Below are positions 26,501-37,761 of a stretch of 64,000 nt of DNA, one piece after another. Below the pieces are notes generated by a model, which was not told where the DNA came from, did not search any database, and saw only the letters and a program-made list of their open reading frames with translations. A program made the position numbers and the translations under genes. How positions within the stretch are numbered: position 1 is the first letter of the stretch; each line of letters opens with the position of its first letter. This DNA is from Guillardia theta CCMP2712. Taxonomy: Eukaryota; Protista; Cryptophyta. The stretch spans positions 366,791-430,790 of the forward strand of contig NW_005434604.1 in assembly GCF_000315625.1 (NCBI RefSeq), written 5' to 3'.

Positions 26501-28381
26501 AGGTGCTTCTGCTGTCCCTCCAGCTCTTGTAACGTCAGGTCGTGTGACAGCTGAGATGGTCCCTCAACATATGTGAAATCTCGCTCGCCCTGGGACCCCG
26601 CGAAGTTTACGACAAGTTTGCTGGTCTTCTCATGGTTGTTTTCTCGTTGTAGTGTCTTGCAGCCTCCTTCTTCTCAGCTGCTCTATTTGTTTTTCTCGTC
26701 CACTCGATCGTTGCTTTTGTCTGCCTACCTCATCTCAAGCATTTCATTGCCAGGTTGCTACCGCGCAAGTGTTACTGCACAAAGCTGGGGATACAGTCGC
26801 TGCTGCTCTCTTTTCGTGCCTTGCAGGTCTACTACGGATAGATGACGATGACTGAGATTATGACTATGACTATGACTATGACTATGACTATGACTATGAC
26901 TATGACTATGACTATGACTATGACTATGACTATGACTATGACTATGACTATGACTATGACTATGACTATGACTATGACTATGACTATGACTATGACTATG
27001 ACTATGACTATGACTATGACTATGACTATGACTATGACTATGACTATGACTATGACTATGACTATGACTATGACTATGACTATGACTATGACTATGACTA
27101 TGACTATGACTATGACTATGACTATGACTATGACTATGACTATGACTATGACTATGACTATGACTATGACTATGACTATGACTATGACTATGACTATGAC
27201 TATGACTATGACTATGACTATGACTATGACTATGACTATGACTATGACTATGACTATGACTATGACTATGACTATGACTATGACTATGACTATGACTATG
27301 ACTATGACTATGACTAGACTATGACTATGACTATGACTATGACTATGATTGTGACAATGACTATGACTATAATTGTAGTTGTGACTATGACTAGACTATG
27401 ACTGTGACTATAATTATGACTATGACTAGACTATGACTGTGACTATAATTATGACTATGACTAGACTATGACTGTGACTATAATCGACTATGACTATGAC
27501 TATGACTATGGCTATGGCCATGGCTATGACTATGACTATGACTATGACTATGATTGTGAGAAGGGCAAGGAAGGATGTATTGATATTTTTCATTGACATG
27601 TTGCAGGGTTGACCTTCCTGATCGGATCGGAAGAGCCGATTATGGGAATCCTTGCAGAAGTGAGGTTTTTGTTCACACTGTGCGTCTGCTGAACCTTATC
27701 CTCCTTGTCTGTCTGCCTCTTATTTTCTGCTTCTGATCACCTTCACTGGGCAGGTGAACAAACAGGAGGGAGCGCACGTGTCGATAGAACAGTTCCTGGA
27801 CGTTTGGCTTGAGACTTGGGACGCGTGCTTGACGCTCGAGCGCCGAAGGGTACACCCCTTGCACTTGTCATCTGTCAGGTACACTTAACGTCCGGCAGAT
27901 CAACTGCCTGGGTCTCGCCCGGCTTCTCGGCTGTGGCTCGCCTCCTTTCGCGCAGAGGGTCTCAGTGATCCTCAACTTCTTCGTCGACTTTAATGGAGAG
28001 GAGCTCGTCGAGGATGACAAAACCTCCTCCTCAAGCTCCTCTCCTGTTCAGCGCTGTCGCAAGCAGCTGTAAGGTCCTGCTTGTGTCTGTCCCCTCCCTC
28101 ACGCGTTCTCTCTCCTATTCCTCTTGGCAGATGGAAAAGTTGCTATGCACAGGCGGGAGGGCTTGCTGCCTTCTTTCGTAGCATGATGGAGCAGGTGATA
28201 GTTGCAGCCCTTGGCCTTGTTTCATTCGTTTGCAGGGGAGGATGAGCGCCCTGAGTAAGTACGGGGAGGAGGGGAGAGCATTCTTTGACCAGAACCTCAA
28301 GTGAGTTTTCCCTTGTCCTGTGCTTCCTCCTGAAACTTTTACAGCTTGATTGACCCGCAACTGATGTTGCAACTAGCATAG
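23531..28381 (+). CDS. IPO11: Importin-11 (Kap120) family karyopherin; multi-exon
   Basis: IBN_N domain (VRWLAMMYLKNQVHRFW), VAKISRFDFPKVWP and KDLSSKRLVSDRKTF, which are typical of importin-11. Probable final exon ...NLIDPQLMLQLA*. Confidence 0.85.
26859..27555. repeat. Intronic hexamer microsatellite (ATGACT)n with degenerate 3' part
   Basis: Pure to ~27314, then variants including a repeated ~35-bp block. Confidence 0.98.
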
Positions 28382-28739
28382 GGAGCTAACGGCCTGCCAT
28401 GAAGCTGTTCTGTCGCATTCCTCATGCCATCACTGTCTAGATCACACAACGTCCCTCTGATGAAGCGACAAGACACACGTCACACGCCCCTCGCCCCCCT
28501 CCCCTCCTGCAAGGCATCAATTCTTCTTCTAGGCGCATCTCCTGGGGAAGCAGGGGGTTGGTGATGTGGGCCCAACCCTCAGCTCCTTCCCGCCTTTTTC
28601 GCCTCCCATGGTTCCTTAAGTGTTTGATTAACCCTCATTCCTGCTGTCCGCCCTTCCTCTAATCCCAGCGTCCTACTGCTGCCCGCAAATTCTTGATCAG
28701 GAAATTCGTAGCGTTTCAAAGACTGAGTCTCACAGCTGA

Positions 28740-29030
28740 GTGATACATGAAACAAACTATTTCTTTGAAAGACTTAGGCCTGAGCTACAAAGTTCATCCC
28801 ACAACGATACTACAAGAGCCAGGGCTATAACGAACGCGGGCCAAGAGTCAAGGTGAGAAAACGCATGTGCTTTGATAACAACAGAGTTCTTCAACGACTA
28901 GAATTAGAACGAATTGAATCCTGGTAAACAATAGATGTGGTGGATCTTGGATAACCGAAAAAACGAAATTCCAACATACCAGACAGAAGAGAACAGAAAG
29001 AAGACGATCTGATCATAGTAATCACACTAA
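28740..29030 (+). other. Possible small spliced gene/fragment abutting the array
   Basis: Exon-like blocks separated by GTGAGA...AACAG and GTAAAC...CCAG. Confidence 0.25.
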
Positions 29031-29426
29031 AGAGCCCGAGCATTGCTGAAGGCAACTAGGGCAGCTACAAGTACGCATGATGCTCTAGGGGCACGGGGAC
29101 GATAGCACAAGCTCCAGGCCACAGCCGGTCCCGTCAGCCTCTGCAGCTGCGTGAGTGTGCTTGTGCCATTCTCAGCTTCAAGACAGATCCTACAGACGAG
29201 GCGCCTGCTCGAGGCGGGGACATGAGACGTACGCCAATAGGCCAAGGCAGGCGTGAGATGCAGGAGTCTGCATGTATATACATCACTCGCGACAAACTGC
29301 TCCCTGTACACACTGCGAGCTCGGTGCTGTCCGGGGGTAAGAAGGATGCAGGTGCAGGCGACTGCGACAGTGGAATGGCCCCTGGGGCTGCTGCTACGGA
29401 CTGGCCGCTGCTCTCCGCTGTGGTTG

Positions 29427-30135
29427 TCATCGCATGACGTGCCGCAGAGCCTCGCCCCAAAGCTCCTCCCTTGACATGTGGATGGGTCGGGGCAGCCCCG
29501 CTCCCTCGCTCCAGCTGCTGTATGCAATGCCTATCGATGCCCGAGCCTNNNNNNNNNNNNNNNNNNNNNNNNNNNNNNNNNNNNNNNNNNNNNNNNNNNN
29601 NNNNNNNNNNNNNNNNNNNNNNNNNNNNNNNNNNNNNNNNNNNNNNNNCGTCCTCTTCGCTCTCGTCCTCGTCCTCCCGCTCGTCGCCTTCTGACGACGA
29701 CGATGCACCTTGCCGTACGCAGAGCTCCTGCCTGCCAGCTTGATGGCTGTCACTGGGCCGGTCAGTCCTGTCTCGGGCTTGCTCGTCTACTCTACTGGCT
29801 GCCATGCTTATCTGACCTGCCCCGATCTTTGCTCTCCGCTTCTTCGAGTCCTTGGACCCTCGAGGCCTCCCCGCCTTCCCGCATGGCTTCCGCCTCCTCG
29901 CGTAGTCCTCCCGCTCCTCCTCCGTCCATAGCGCCTCCGTCACGTTCCACCATGTCCGCCGGTTCCAGATGTCTCGGATGGCCTTGGCCGTAACGCCGTG
30001 CTTGAGGCCTACCGAGGCGCTTGCGGCGGTCTTGATTTTCTTATCGTTTGTGCGGAGCTTGTAGATCTCGACGATGGTGTCGCGGGAGAGCACTCCTCGA
30101 GTACGGAAGCAGTCGTGGTCAGGGGAGTACTTCAT
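29427..30135 (-). CDS. HTH + AT-hook protein, gene A copy 1 (spans assembly gap)
   Basis: MKYSPDHDCFRTRGVLSRDTIVEIYKL...HGVTAKAIRDIWNRRTW...GRPRGSKD. Confidence 0.6.
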
Positions 30136-30747
30136 GCTGGCTACAAAGCCGGCACGGACGACGAGGTGATACGGCGGGAAGGATCACCGAGAGGGGTCGA
30201 CTAGCCAGCCCGGCAAAGGAGATCGCCTGAAGCTTGAGGGGGCCATGCTCGGCAAGCAGAGAAGAGCTTAGGGCGAGGGCGAGGGATGGCTAAGCTGGAC
30301 GACAAAGCAAGCGGAGTCTTAGATGAGACAACAGTGATGGTCAAGAATAGACTCAACGATCGGATGGAAGTGCTGGGCGTTGGCTCAAGAGCATGGCGGA
30401 CGGGAGCAAGATGAGAAGGGACGACAGGTCAGATGAGAAGCAAAGCGGATAAGGCAGAAAGCAAGAGAAGGCGAGGAGGAAGGGACGGACGGACGGACGC
30501 GGAGAACGACGAGCAGGGGAGAGTCTGGCCGGAATCTTTCTTGGGCAAGGGGGGCATGGAAAAGGTAATGCGCACACATTTGGACCAAGCATGGCAGGAG
30601 ACGCCACACGAGAGGTGGACAGGAAAGCCCGGGATGCTGCCAGGTTGCTGAGCATGCGAAGGAGACAGCGAGACAGGAGACTAGAGACTAGGGCGCGAGC
30701 CAGAGAGACAGGGCCTATCGAGACCATTATCTGCAGAAGGGATCAGC

Positions 30748-30979
30748 GAGGAGGCGGAAGCCATGCGGGAAGGCGGGGAGGCCTCGAGGGTCCAAGGACT
30801 CGAAGCCTCGCAAGTCAAGGCGAAAGCAGGTAGAGCCCGACCAGGCGGAGGGACAAGTCAAAGCTCAGGAGAGCGAGAAGAGCGAGAGAAAGGGGGATTA
30901 GTGGATACTGGCTAGCATTGAGGAGGTGAGAGAGTGGTGCCACCAGCAGGTGCCTAGAGACCAGGGCACTACAGCATAG
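30748..30979 (+). pseudogene. Gene B 3' remnant (5' part lost in ~2-kb deletion)
   Basis: Junction GGGATCAGC|GAGGAGGCGGAAG joins the spacer directly to the middle of gene B. Confidence 0.75.
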
Positions 30980-33900
30980 GTGACGACCTTTGATTGCCGC
31001 AGGTTGACGAGGAAGAGGAAAAAGCGCACGAGCGGGTCGTAGGAGCCAGCAGCACGACCAAAGCCATAGGGCTGAACGCCACCCTCGCGGGACTGAGGCT
31101 GAGTCGAGCGATCCATCTCTGCAGGGAGGAGCTGATGAGAGAGGCGCTGGAGCATGTGACACGATGAGGAACCAAGAAGCGACGCGAGGGACAAGGAGCT
31201 TGTCGGACGGATTGTCTGAGCGTAGAAGTCGCATCTATTTGGGCGCGGGGTGACGAGGCCTTGCTGGAGCTTGTATTCATGCATATGGGATATATGCTAC
31301 CATAGGGCAAGCGTTTTGTAGATCCATCGGCTTCGGTATACTACAGTTGCGACGACCAGACGACGGGTGTAAGGATGACTTTGACACGTGACATGGACGC
31401 CTGCATGCGTTGCTTGCGATGATTGCGGGGACGGGAAGCGCTTTGTACTAGCGAGAAGTGCAAGGCGACGGGCTGGCTGAAGGGAGAGGAGCAAACGGCG
31501 GCAGAGGGGCAGGTAGACCAAAGACAGCTTCTTGTCGAGAGATGACTCATGGAACCAAGCGCCGCCATGCTGCCAGGAGACATCATCATTCAAACACATA
31601 AACACATATACCTTGCCTTCTATTACACATTATACCTTCCATGGAGTGGCCTATTCAAGGGCTCGTTCCTCGATTTCAAGGCAGGCAAGGGAGATCGGTC
31701 GAGCGCATTTGGGTCCCCCAATGAACACACATCGTCAGCTGTGCCATGCTCATAGGGCATGCTTGGCAACCATCAGTATGACAGATGAAGAGAACACGCG
31801 GTTGCGTAGCTATCTGCCGCCCACGCGAGTACGGCCCGGCAAGTATCAAATCACTCCAGGCGCAGGCAAGAAGGCGAGACTGGCCTGACTAGGCAGAAGC
31901 ATCCGTGTGATATCGCTGATCCGCTCAGGGCACAGTCTGGGCGCTTGCGATATGCGTCCAGATGATCGAGGTCGATCCGACAGGAGTTGCAGCAGGAAAC
32001 GCTTGGCGTACGTCGGTCTGGGATGCTTGTTTTTGCGTGGTGACATGGCAGACGTTTGCCGTGACAGACGCTGCATATGGTCAGGTGAGCGTATAGAGTA
32101 ATACTCCTGCAGGCTTCAGGCGCCTCACGCTCCTTCGACCTACTCGCTTACACCCTGCACAAGCGCTGGCAGCTTCTGTTTGCGTTTGACGCTGTACGGA
32201 GCCTTGCCGGTCGTGAGTGCTTCATGTATCCACGAGCAGCACGGAGGCTGATGGCGATGAGAGGAGGCTTGGAGGTCGAGGGGAAGGGGCCGTCCCTCTC
32301 CGTCTCCCGCATCCTCATCGTCTCCTCCGTGTCGCATGCTACTGGTCCTTGCTAGTCGCCATGAAGGCCGGGAAAGGAAGATGGGGGCGCATCTTGGTGG
32401 GGGCAGGGGGGGTGGGGGTGGAAGTTTAAAAGCCGATTGTTTTTTAAAACCGAGCGAAATCGTGGAGCCTGAGAACAGACATGAAGGCGAGGGCACTCAG
32501 AGGGAAGAGGAAGGGAGGGAGGCTTGGAGGAGAGAGGGAGAGGCTCGGGACGAGTCTGAGACCAAGCGCGGTCTGTGAGATGATGATGGGCGTACTCAAA
32601 ACAGCAGAGATGTCACGGGAAGGCACACTGATGCCTGTCACAGGAAGGATAGGGTCTACGGTACAGGAAGGATAGGCTTATGCTGATATAGGACATGAAA
32701 GCAAACCATACAGCTGCTGAGGCCAAACATACAGCTGCGGAGGCAAAACATACAGCAGCAGTTATGTACAGAGGCAGCCATGTTGATCGAACGATGGAGA
32801 TACATCCAGGAAGAAGAGTGAGTACCAGGGCATATCAAGAGCAGGAGCTTAGTGGAGACACACTTGAGGAGCAAGGGAGTCAGTGGGGAAGCTGCGGATG
32901 AGGAGAGGTAGCCGGATGGATAGGCAGTGCAAAGCAAGATGACATCTGTTTGCAGCGACAGCACAAGCAAGGTTGAAAGGGTTCACAAGGAGGGAGGGAG
33001 GGAGGGAGGGAGGGTGATAGAGAGGGAAAGGGAGGCTGAGAACTTGTCCCAGGCTCACTGCTGGATGAGCTTGGCAACCAGAGATCCTGACGATGCACCT
33101 TGCCGTACTCAGAGCTCCTGGCTTCCAGCTTGATGGCGGGATGCACAGGAAGGCGTCGGAGTCGAGGAGATCAGGGCATGGCATGAACAAGCAGGGCATG
33201 GTCGCAGAGAGGCAGCGGATGAGATCCGACGGGGTGAGCTGCGAGACATTTGCTCCAAACCATGGACTGACAGAAGAAGGGGGGCGAGTAGAAAGCATCC
33301 TATTTGATACGGAGCGATCAAGAGAAAATAGGCTGGGCCGAGCAAGTGCGTCGTTAGATCAGTGTCGATGATCAGAGCAAACCCAGCAGGCCGCATCTTT
33401 GGCTACGGCCCATGCTAGAAAAGGCGACTTTACGCAGGCTGCGAGGCCCAGGCCCGCGGTCCTGCGATCCTACGATCCCGCACCTGTCCACGACCAAAGT
33501 CCAGACGGATCAGGGAATGACGACCGGGATGGATCAACAGGCGCCGCAGGAAGGCGCTTTCTCCTGGCTGGTAGCACCAGTAAGATCATCATCAGCCTAT
33601 TGATTCCTCTTCTTTGTCGATGCCGGTAAGGCTTGGCCGGACCTGGAGTCACGGACGGAGAGGCTGGAGATAGGTGAGGGTATCTGTATGCGAGCCATCA
33701 GGACGAGAGTCTTGGCACGCGTGCACAGCTTCCCGTGCGGTGTAAGGCGTTCAGGAGGCGAACCGCAGATCGAGCTGGTCTAGGGGCAAGGGGACGATAG
33801 CACAAGCTCCAGGCCTAAGGATTTCTGTGATCTTGAGTCCTTTTACCCCAGGCCTGGTGAAGGCTGGACACAGCCGGTCCCGTCAGCCTCTGCAGCTGCG

Positions 33901-34175
33901 TGAGTGTGCTTGTGCCATTCTCAGCTTCAAGACAGATCCTACAGACGAGGCGCCTGCTCGAGGCGGGGACATGAGACGTACGCCAATAGGCCAAGGCAGG
34001 CGTGAGATGCAGGAGTCTGCATGTATATACATCACTCGCGACAAACTGCTCCCTGTACACACTGCGAGCTCGGTGCTGTCCGGGGGTAAGAAGGATGCAG
34101 GTGCAGGCGACTGCGACAGTGGAATGGCCCCTGGGGCTGCTGCTACGGACTGGCCGCTGCTCTCCGCTGTGGTTG

Positions 34176-34829
34176 TCATCGCATGACGTGCCGCAGAGCC
34201 TCGCCCCAAAGCTCCTCCCTTGACATGTGGATGGGTCGGGGCAGCCCCGCTCCCTCGCTCCAGCTGCTGTATGCGATGCCTATCGATGCCCGAGCCTCGT
34301 CGTCATCCCCACGACTTGTGCTCTTCTTGTCTTCGCCTTCCGCGTCCTCTTCGCTCTCGTCCTCGTCCTCCCGCTCGTCGCCTTCTGACGACGACGATGC
34401 ACCTTGCCGTACGCAGAGCTCCTGCCTGCCAGCTTGATGGCTGTCACTGGGCCGGTCAGTCCTGTCTCGGGCTTGCTCGTCTACTCTACTGGCTGCCATG
34501 CTTATCTGACCTGCCCCGATCTTTGCTCTCCGCTTCTTCGAGTCCTTGGACCCTCGAGGCCTCCCCGCCTTCCCGCATGGCTTCCGCCTCCTCGCGTAGT
34601 CCTCCCGCTCCTCCTCCGTCCATAGCGCCTCCGTCACGTTCCACCATGTCCGCCGGTTCCAGATGTCTCTGATGGCCTTGGCCGTAACGCCGTGCTTGAG
34701 GCCTACCGAGGCGCTTGCGGCGGTCTTGATTTTCTTATCGTTTGTGCGGAGCTTGTAGATCTCGACGATGGTGTCGCGGGAGAGCACTCCTCGAGTACGG
34801 AAGCAGTCGTGGTCAGGGGAGTACTTCAT
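34176..34829 (-). CDS. HTH + AT-hook protein, gene A copy 2 (217 aa)
   Basis: Same motifs; acidic C-terminal region. Confidence 0.7.
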   Translation of the reverse strand: MKYSPDHDCFRTRGVLSRDTIVEIYKLRTNDKKIKTAASASVGLKHGVTAKAIRDIWNRRTWWNVTEALWTEEEREDYARRRKPCGKAGRPRGSKDSKKRRAKIGAGQISMAASRVDEQARDRTDRPSDSHQAGRQELCVRQGASSSSEGDEREDEDESEEDAEGEDKKSTSRGDDDEARASIGIAYSSWSEGAGLPRPIHMSREELWGEALRHVMR

Positions 34830-37293
34830 GCTGGCTGCAAAGTCGGCACGGACGACGAGGTGATACGGCGGGAAGGATCACCGAGAGGGGTCGACTAGCC
34901 AGCCCGGCAAAGGAGATCGCCTGAAGCTTGAGGGGGCCACGCTCGGCAAGCAGAGAAGAGCTTAGGGCGAGGGCGAGGGATGGCTAAGCTGGACGACAAA
35001 GCAAGCGGAGTCTTAGATGAGACAACAGTGATGGTCAAGAATAGACTCAACGATCGGATGGAAGTGCTGGGCGTTGGCTCAAGAGCATGGCGGACGGGAG
35101 CAAGATGAGAAGGGACGACAGGTCAGATGAGAAGCAAAGCGGATAAGGCAGAAAGCAAGAGAAGGCGAGGAGGAAGGGACGGACGGACGGACGCGGAGAG
35201 CGACGAGCAGGGGAGACTCTGGCCGGAATCTTTCTTGGGCAAGGGGGGCATGGAAAGGGTAGGGTGGTATTCGGCTGTGGACTGCTAGAAAGGCAGGGGT
35301 GGGGTCCCGCACAAATGCGCACGCATTTGGACCAAGCATGGCAGGGGACGCCACACGAGAGGTGGACAGAAAAGCCCGGGATGCTGCCAGGTTGCTGAGC
35401 ATGCGAAGGAGACAGCGAGACAGGAGACTAGAGACTAGGGCGCGAGGCCGAGAGACAGGGCCTATCGAGACCATGATCTGCAGAAGGGATCAGCTGCGGT
35501 GGGTGCGACTAGGGTGAGGGTAGGTAAGGATGCGTGCCGTGACGAGGGTAAGCCTGAGACAGCCTGGAGCAGGCAGACGGTGTGTTGGAAGGCGGACGAC
35601 AGCGCTCGAGACCAGCGACCAGCTCACTGCGAGGCTGCAGCGCGAGGGTTTGACTTGAGCAACAATGACTTCGAGGCTTTGTAAAGGGGTGGGTGCGGGT
35701 CGTTTCAGCGCAGCGGATCCAACGCCGCTTAGAGCAGGAGGCGCCTCGCTGTTTGCTGCAGCTTGCTGCTCAGCATCGCATTCGCGGGTTGCTGCCATAC
35801 CGTACTGCTCTCTGGTTGCTGAGGGCCTGTGTGATTGTGGGAGCTCGATAACAAGGCCGAAGCAACCGCTACGGAAGGCTGCGACCGATGCCAAGCGATG
35901 TACTGCCAGCACATGGATGCCCATATATAAACCCTCGAACACAGAACACTACAAGGACGGCAAGAGATGAGCAGGCTGACTCGCCGAGTGACCGCCTTGA
36001 CTATTGAGGTCTCACGATACCCGAGCATACGAAGAGAGAGGTAGCTTGCACACAGCCGGCATAGATGGGTATAGGGCCATACCGGGTTGCAAGACTGTAA
36101 GAGGAGGATAGAGAGCGGGCGGGGCGGCAAACGAGGAGAAACGAGAGGATGTCTCACAGCAGGGAAGATGGATCAAGGATGAAAGACGATGACAGTGGAG
36201 AGGGACAGCAAACGGCAGTGAGAATCAAAGTGGGGTAGGGCGGAGTATACCAGCCAGACGATGGCAACCTACAGGACAAGAAGCAAGAGTGGAAATAAGG
36301 GATGGAGTGATACAAGGAGGGAGGGCGTCAAAAGGAGAGAGAAACCTCTCCACCTGAACCCTTCGTCCTACAGTTAGCAACAACGAGCTGGCCATGGCAG
36401 AGCGGAGACGTGTAAGAGTCGCTTGGTCGGTCTGGACTTGTATGGCCTGTACTGTCCAGTCTATCCATCCTCAAGGCAAGCTGTCAGCTACGTGTGGACG
36501 AGCATAACTCGCCGTACAGCATGTCGAAAGGATGCTCAGACCGGATGTGCATATACGATGCAGGGTATGCACTTTACCACCATCGTCACGATACACTTCT
36601 TGCATATCTCAAGTCATCGCAGACGCCTTTCAGCTCTGATTCCAGTGGCCGTGCCCTCCACGGGTGGGTTCGTAGGGTGGAACACTTGATTCTGGTACTC
36701 GAGAGCATGTTCAGATGATACATATCGACCACCAGAGTCCCAAAGGTCGGCACATGCTCGCTCATTGCTGCTAAAGAGCAGACACGTCATCGTTTCAATG
36801 CCAACACAAACAGAACGGTCGTCAACACAGAACCTCTGATCTGCAGATGGCAGTCTGATATCGTTTGCTGATCAAGCCCTCGCTCAAAGCCCTGTAGCCA
36901 TCAGAGCGCAGATGACAGATCGACTGGCCGTGCACGAGATCTCAGCTCATCGATGCATGCAGCTTGATGCCCAACTCCGGCAGCTTCCAAGCCAGCAGCT
37001 TCTCCTGCCCCCGGCATGTCTCCGTGTCGCCCTCCTGGTTCTCCTCCCGTACAAAATTAACTAATACATCGTTGATGTTCTAATCGTAAAATATGCCCCC
37101 TGCCCCCCCCCCCCCCTACAAGACACTCCTCGGCTCTCTCCATGGTTGCCACAAGAGAATATGGCAGCAAGCATGCTGAACTCCAAGGAGAAAGCAAGGC
37201 GCCAGATCACAGTAGTGCTGTGTCAAGATACCTGAAATGACAATGCGGCCATGAGCTCAAAGCAGAGTCTATCAATTAGCTCTGCGCGTTCTC

Positions 37294-37761
37294 ATGCAGA
37301 GCTCTCCTGACCACGACTGCTTCCGTACTCGAGGAGTGCTCTCCCGCGACACCATCGTCGAGATCTACAAGCTCCGCACAAACGATAAGAAAATCAAGAC
37401 CGCCGCAAGCGCCTCGGTAGGCCTCAAGCACGGCGTTACGGCCAAGGCCATCCGAGACATCTGGAACCGGCGGACATGGTGGAACGTGACGGAGGCGCTA
37501 TGGACGGAGGAGGAGCGGGAGGACTACGCGAGGAGGCGGAAGCCATGCGGGAAGGCGGGGAGGCCTCGAGGGTCCAAGGACTCGAAGCCTCGCAAGTCAA
37601 GGCGAAAGCAGGTAGAGCCCGACCAGGCGGAGGGACAAGTCAAAGCTCAGGAGAGCGAGAAGAGCGAGAGCAGTGACGACGACAAGCTCTCGGTAGACAT
37701 TGAGGAGGTGAGAGAGTGGTGCCACCAGCAGGTGCCTAGAGACCAGGGCACTACAGCATAG
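37294..37761 (+). CDS. HTH + AT-hook protein, gene B copy (155 aa)
   Basis: MQSSPDHDC...GVTAKAIRDIWNRRTW...GRPRGSKDSKPRK. Confidence 0.75.
   Translation: MQSSPDHDCFRTRGVLSRDTIVEIYKLRTNDKKIKTAASASVGLKHGVTAKAIRDIWNRRTWWNVTEALWTEEEREDYARRRKPCGKAGRPRGSKDSKPRKSRRKQVEPDQAEGQVKAQESEKSESSDDDKLSVDIEEVREWCHQQVPRDQGTTA

Noticed and set aside
26842-27324. 160-aa (MT)n ORF
   Set aside because: Translation of an intronic microsatellite.
27310-27470. GACTAGACTA in the microsatellite resembling the element 3' UTR motif
   Set aside because: Explained by a single-base deletion in ATGACT; too short to imply relationship.
29134-30135. Longer 333-aa version of gene A
   Set aside because: The frame results from the arbitrary 100-N gap; ungapped copies give 217 aa.
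30900-33700. Numerous 60-150 aa ORFs in array spacers
   Set aside because: Overlapping on both strands, frame-disrupted between units, no recognisable domains.
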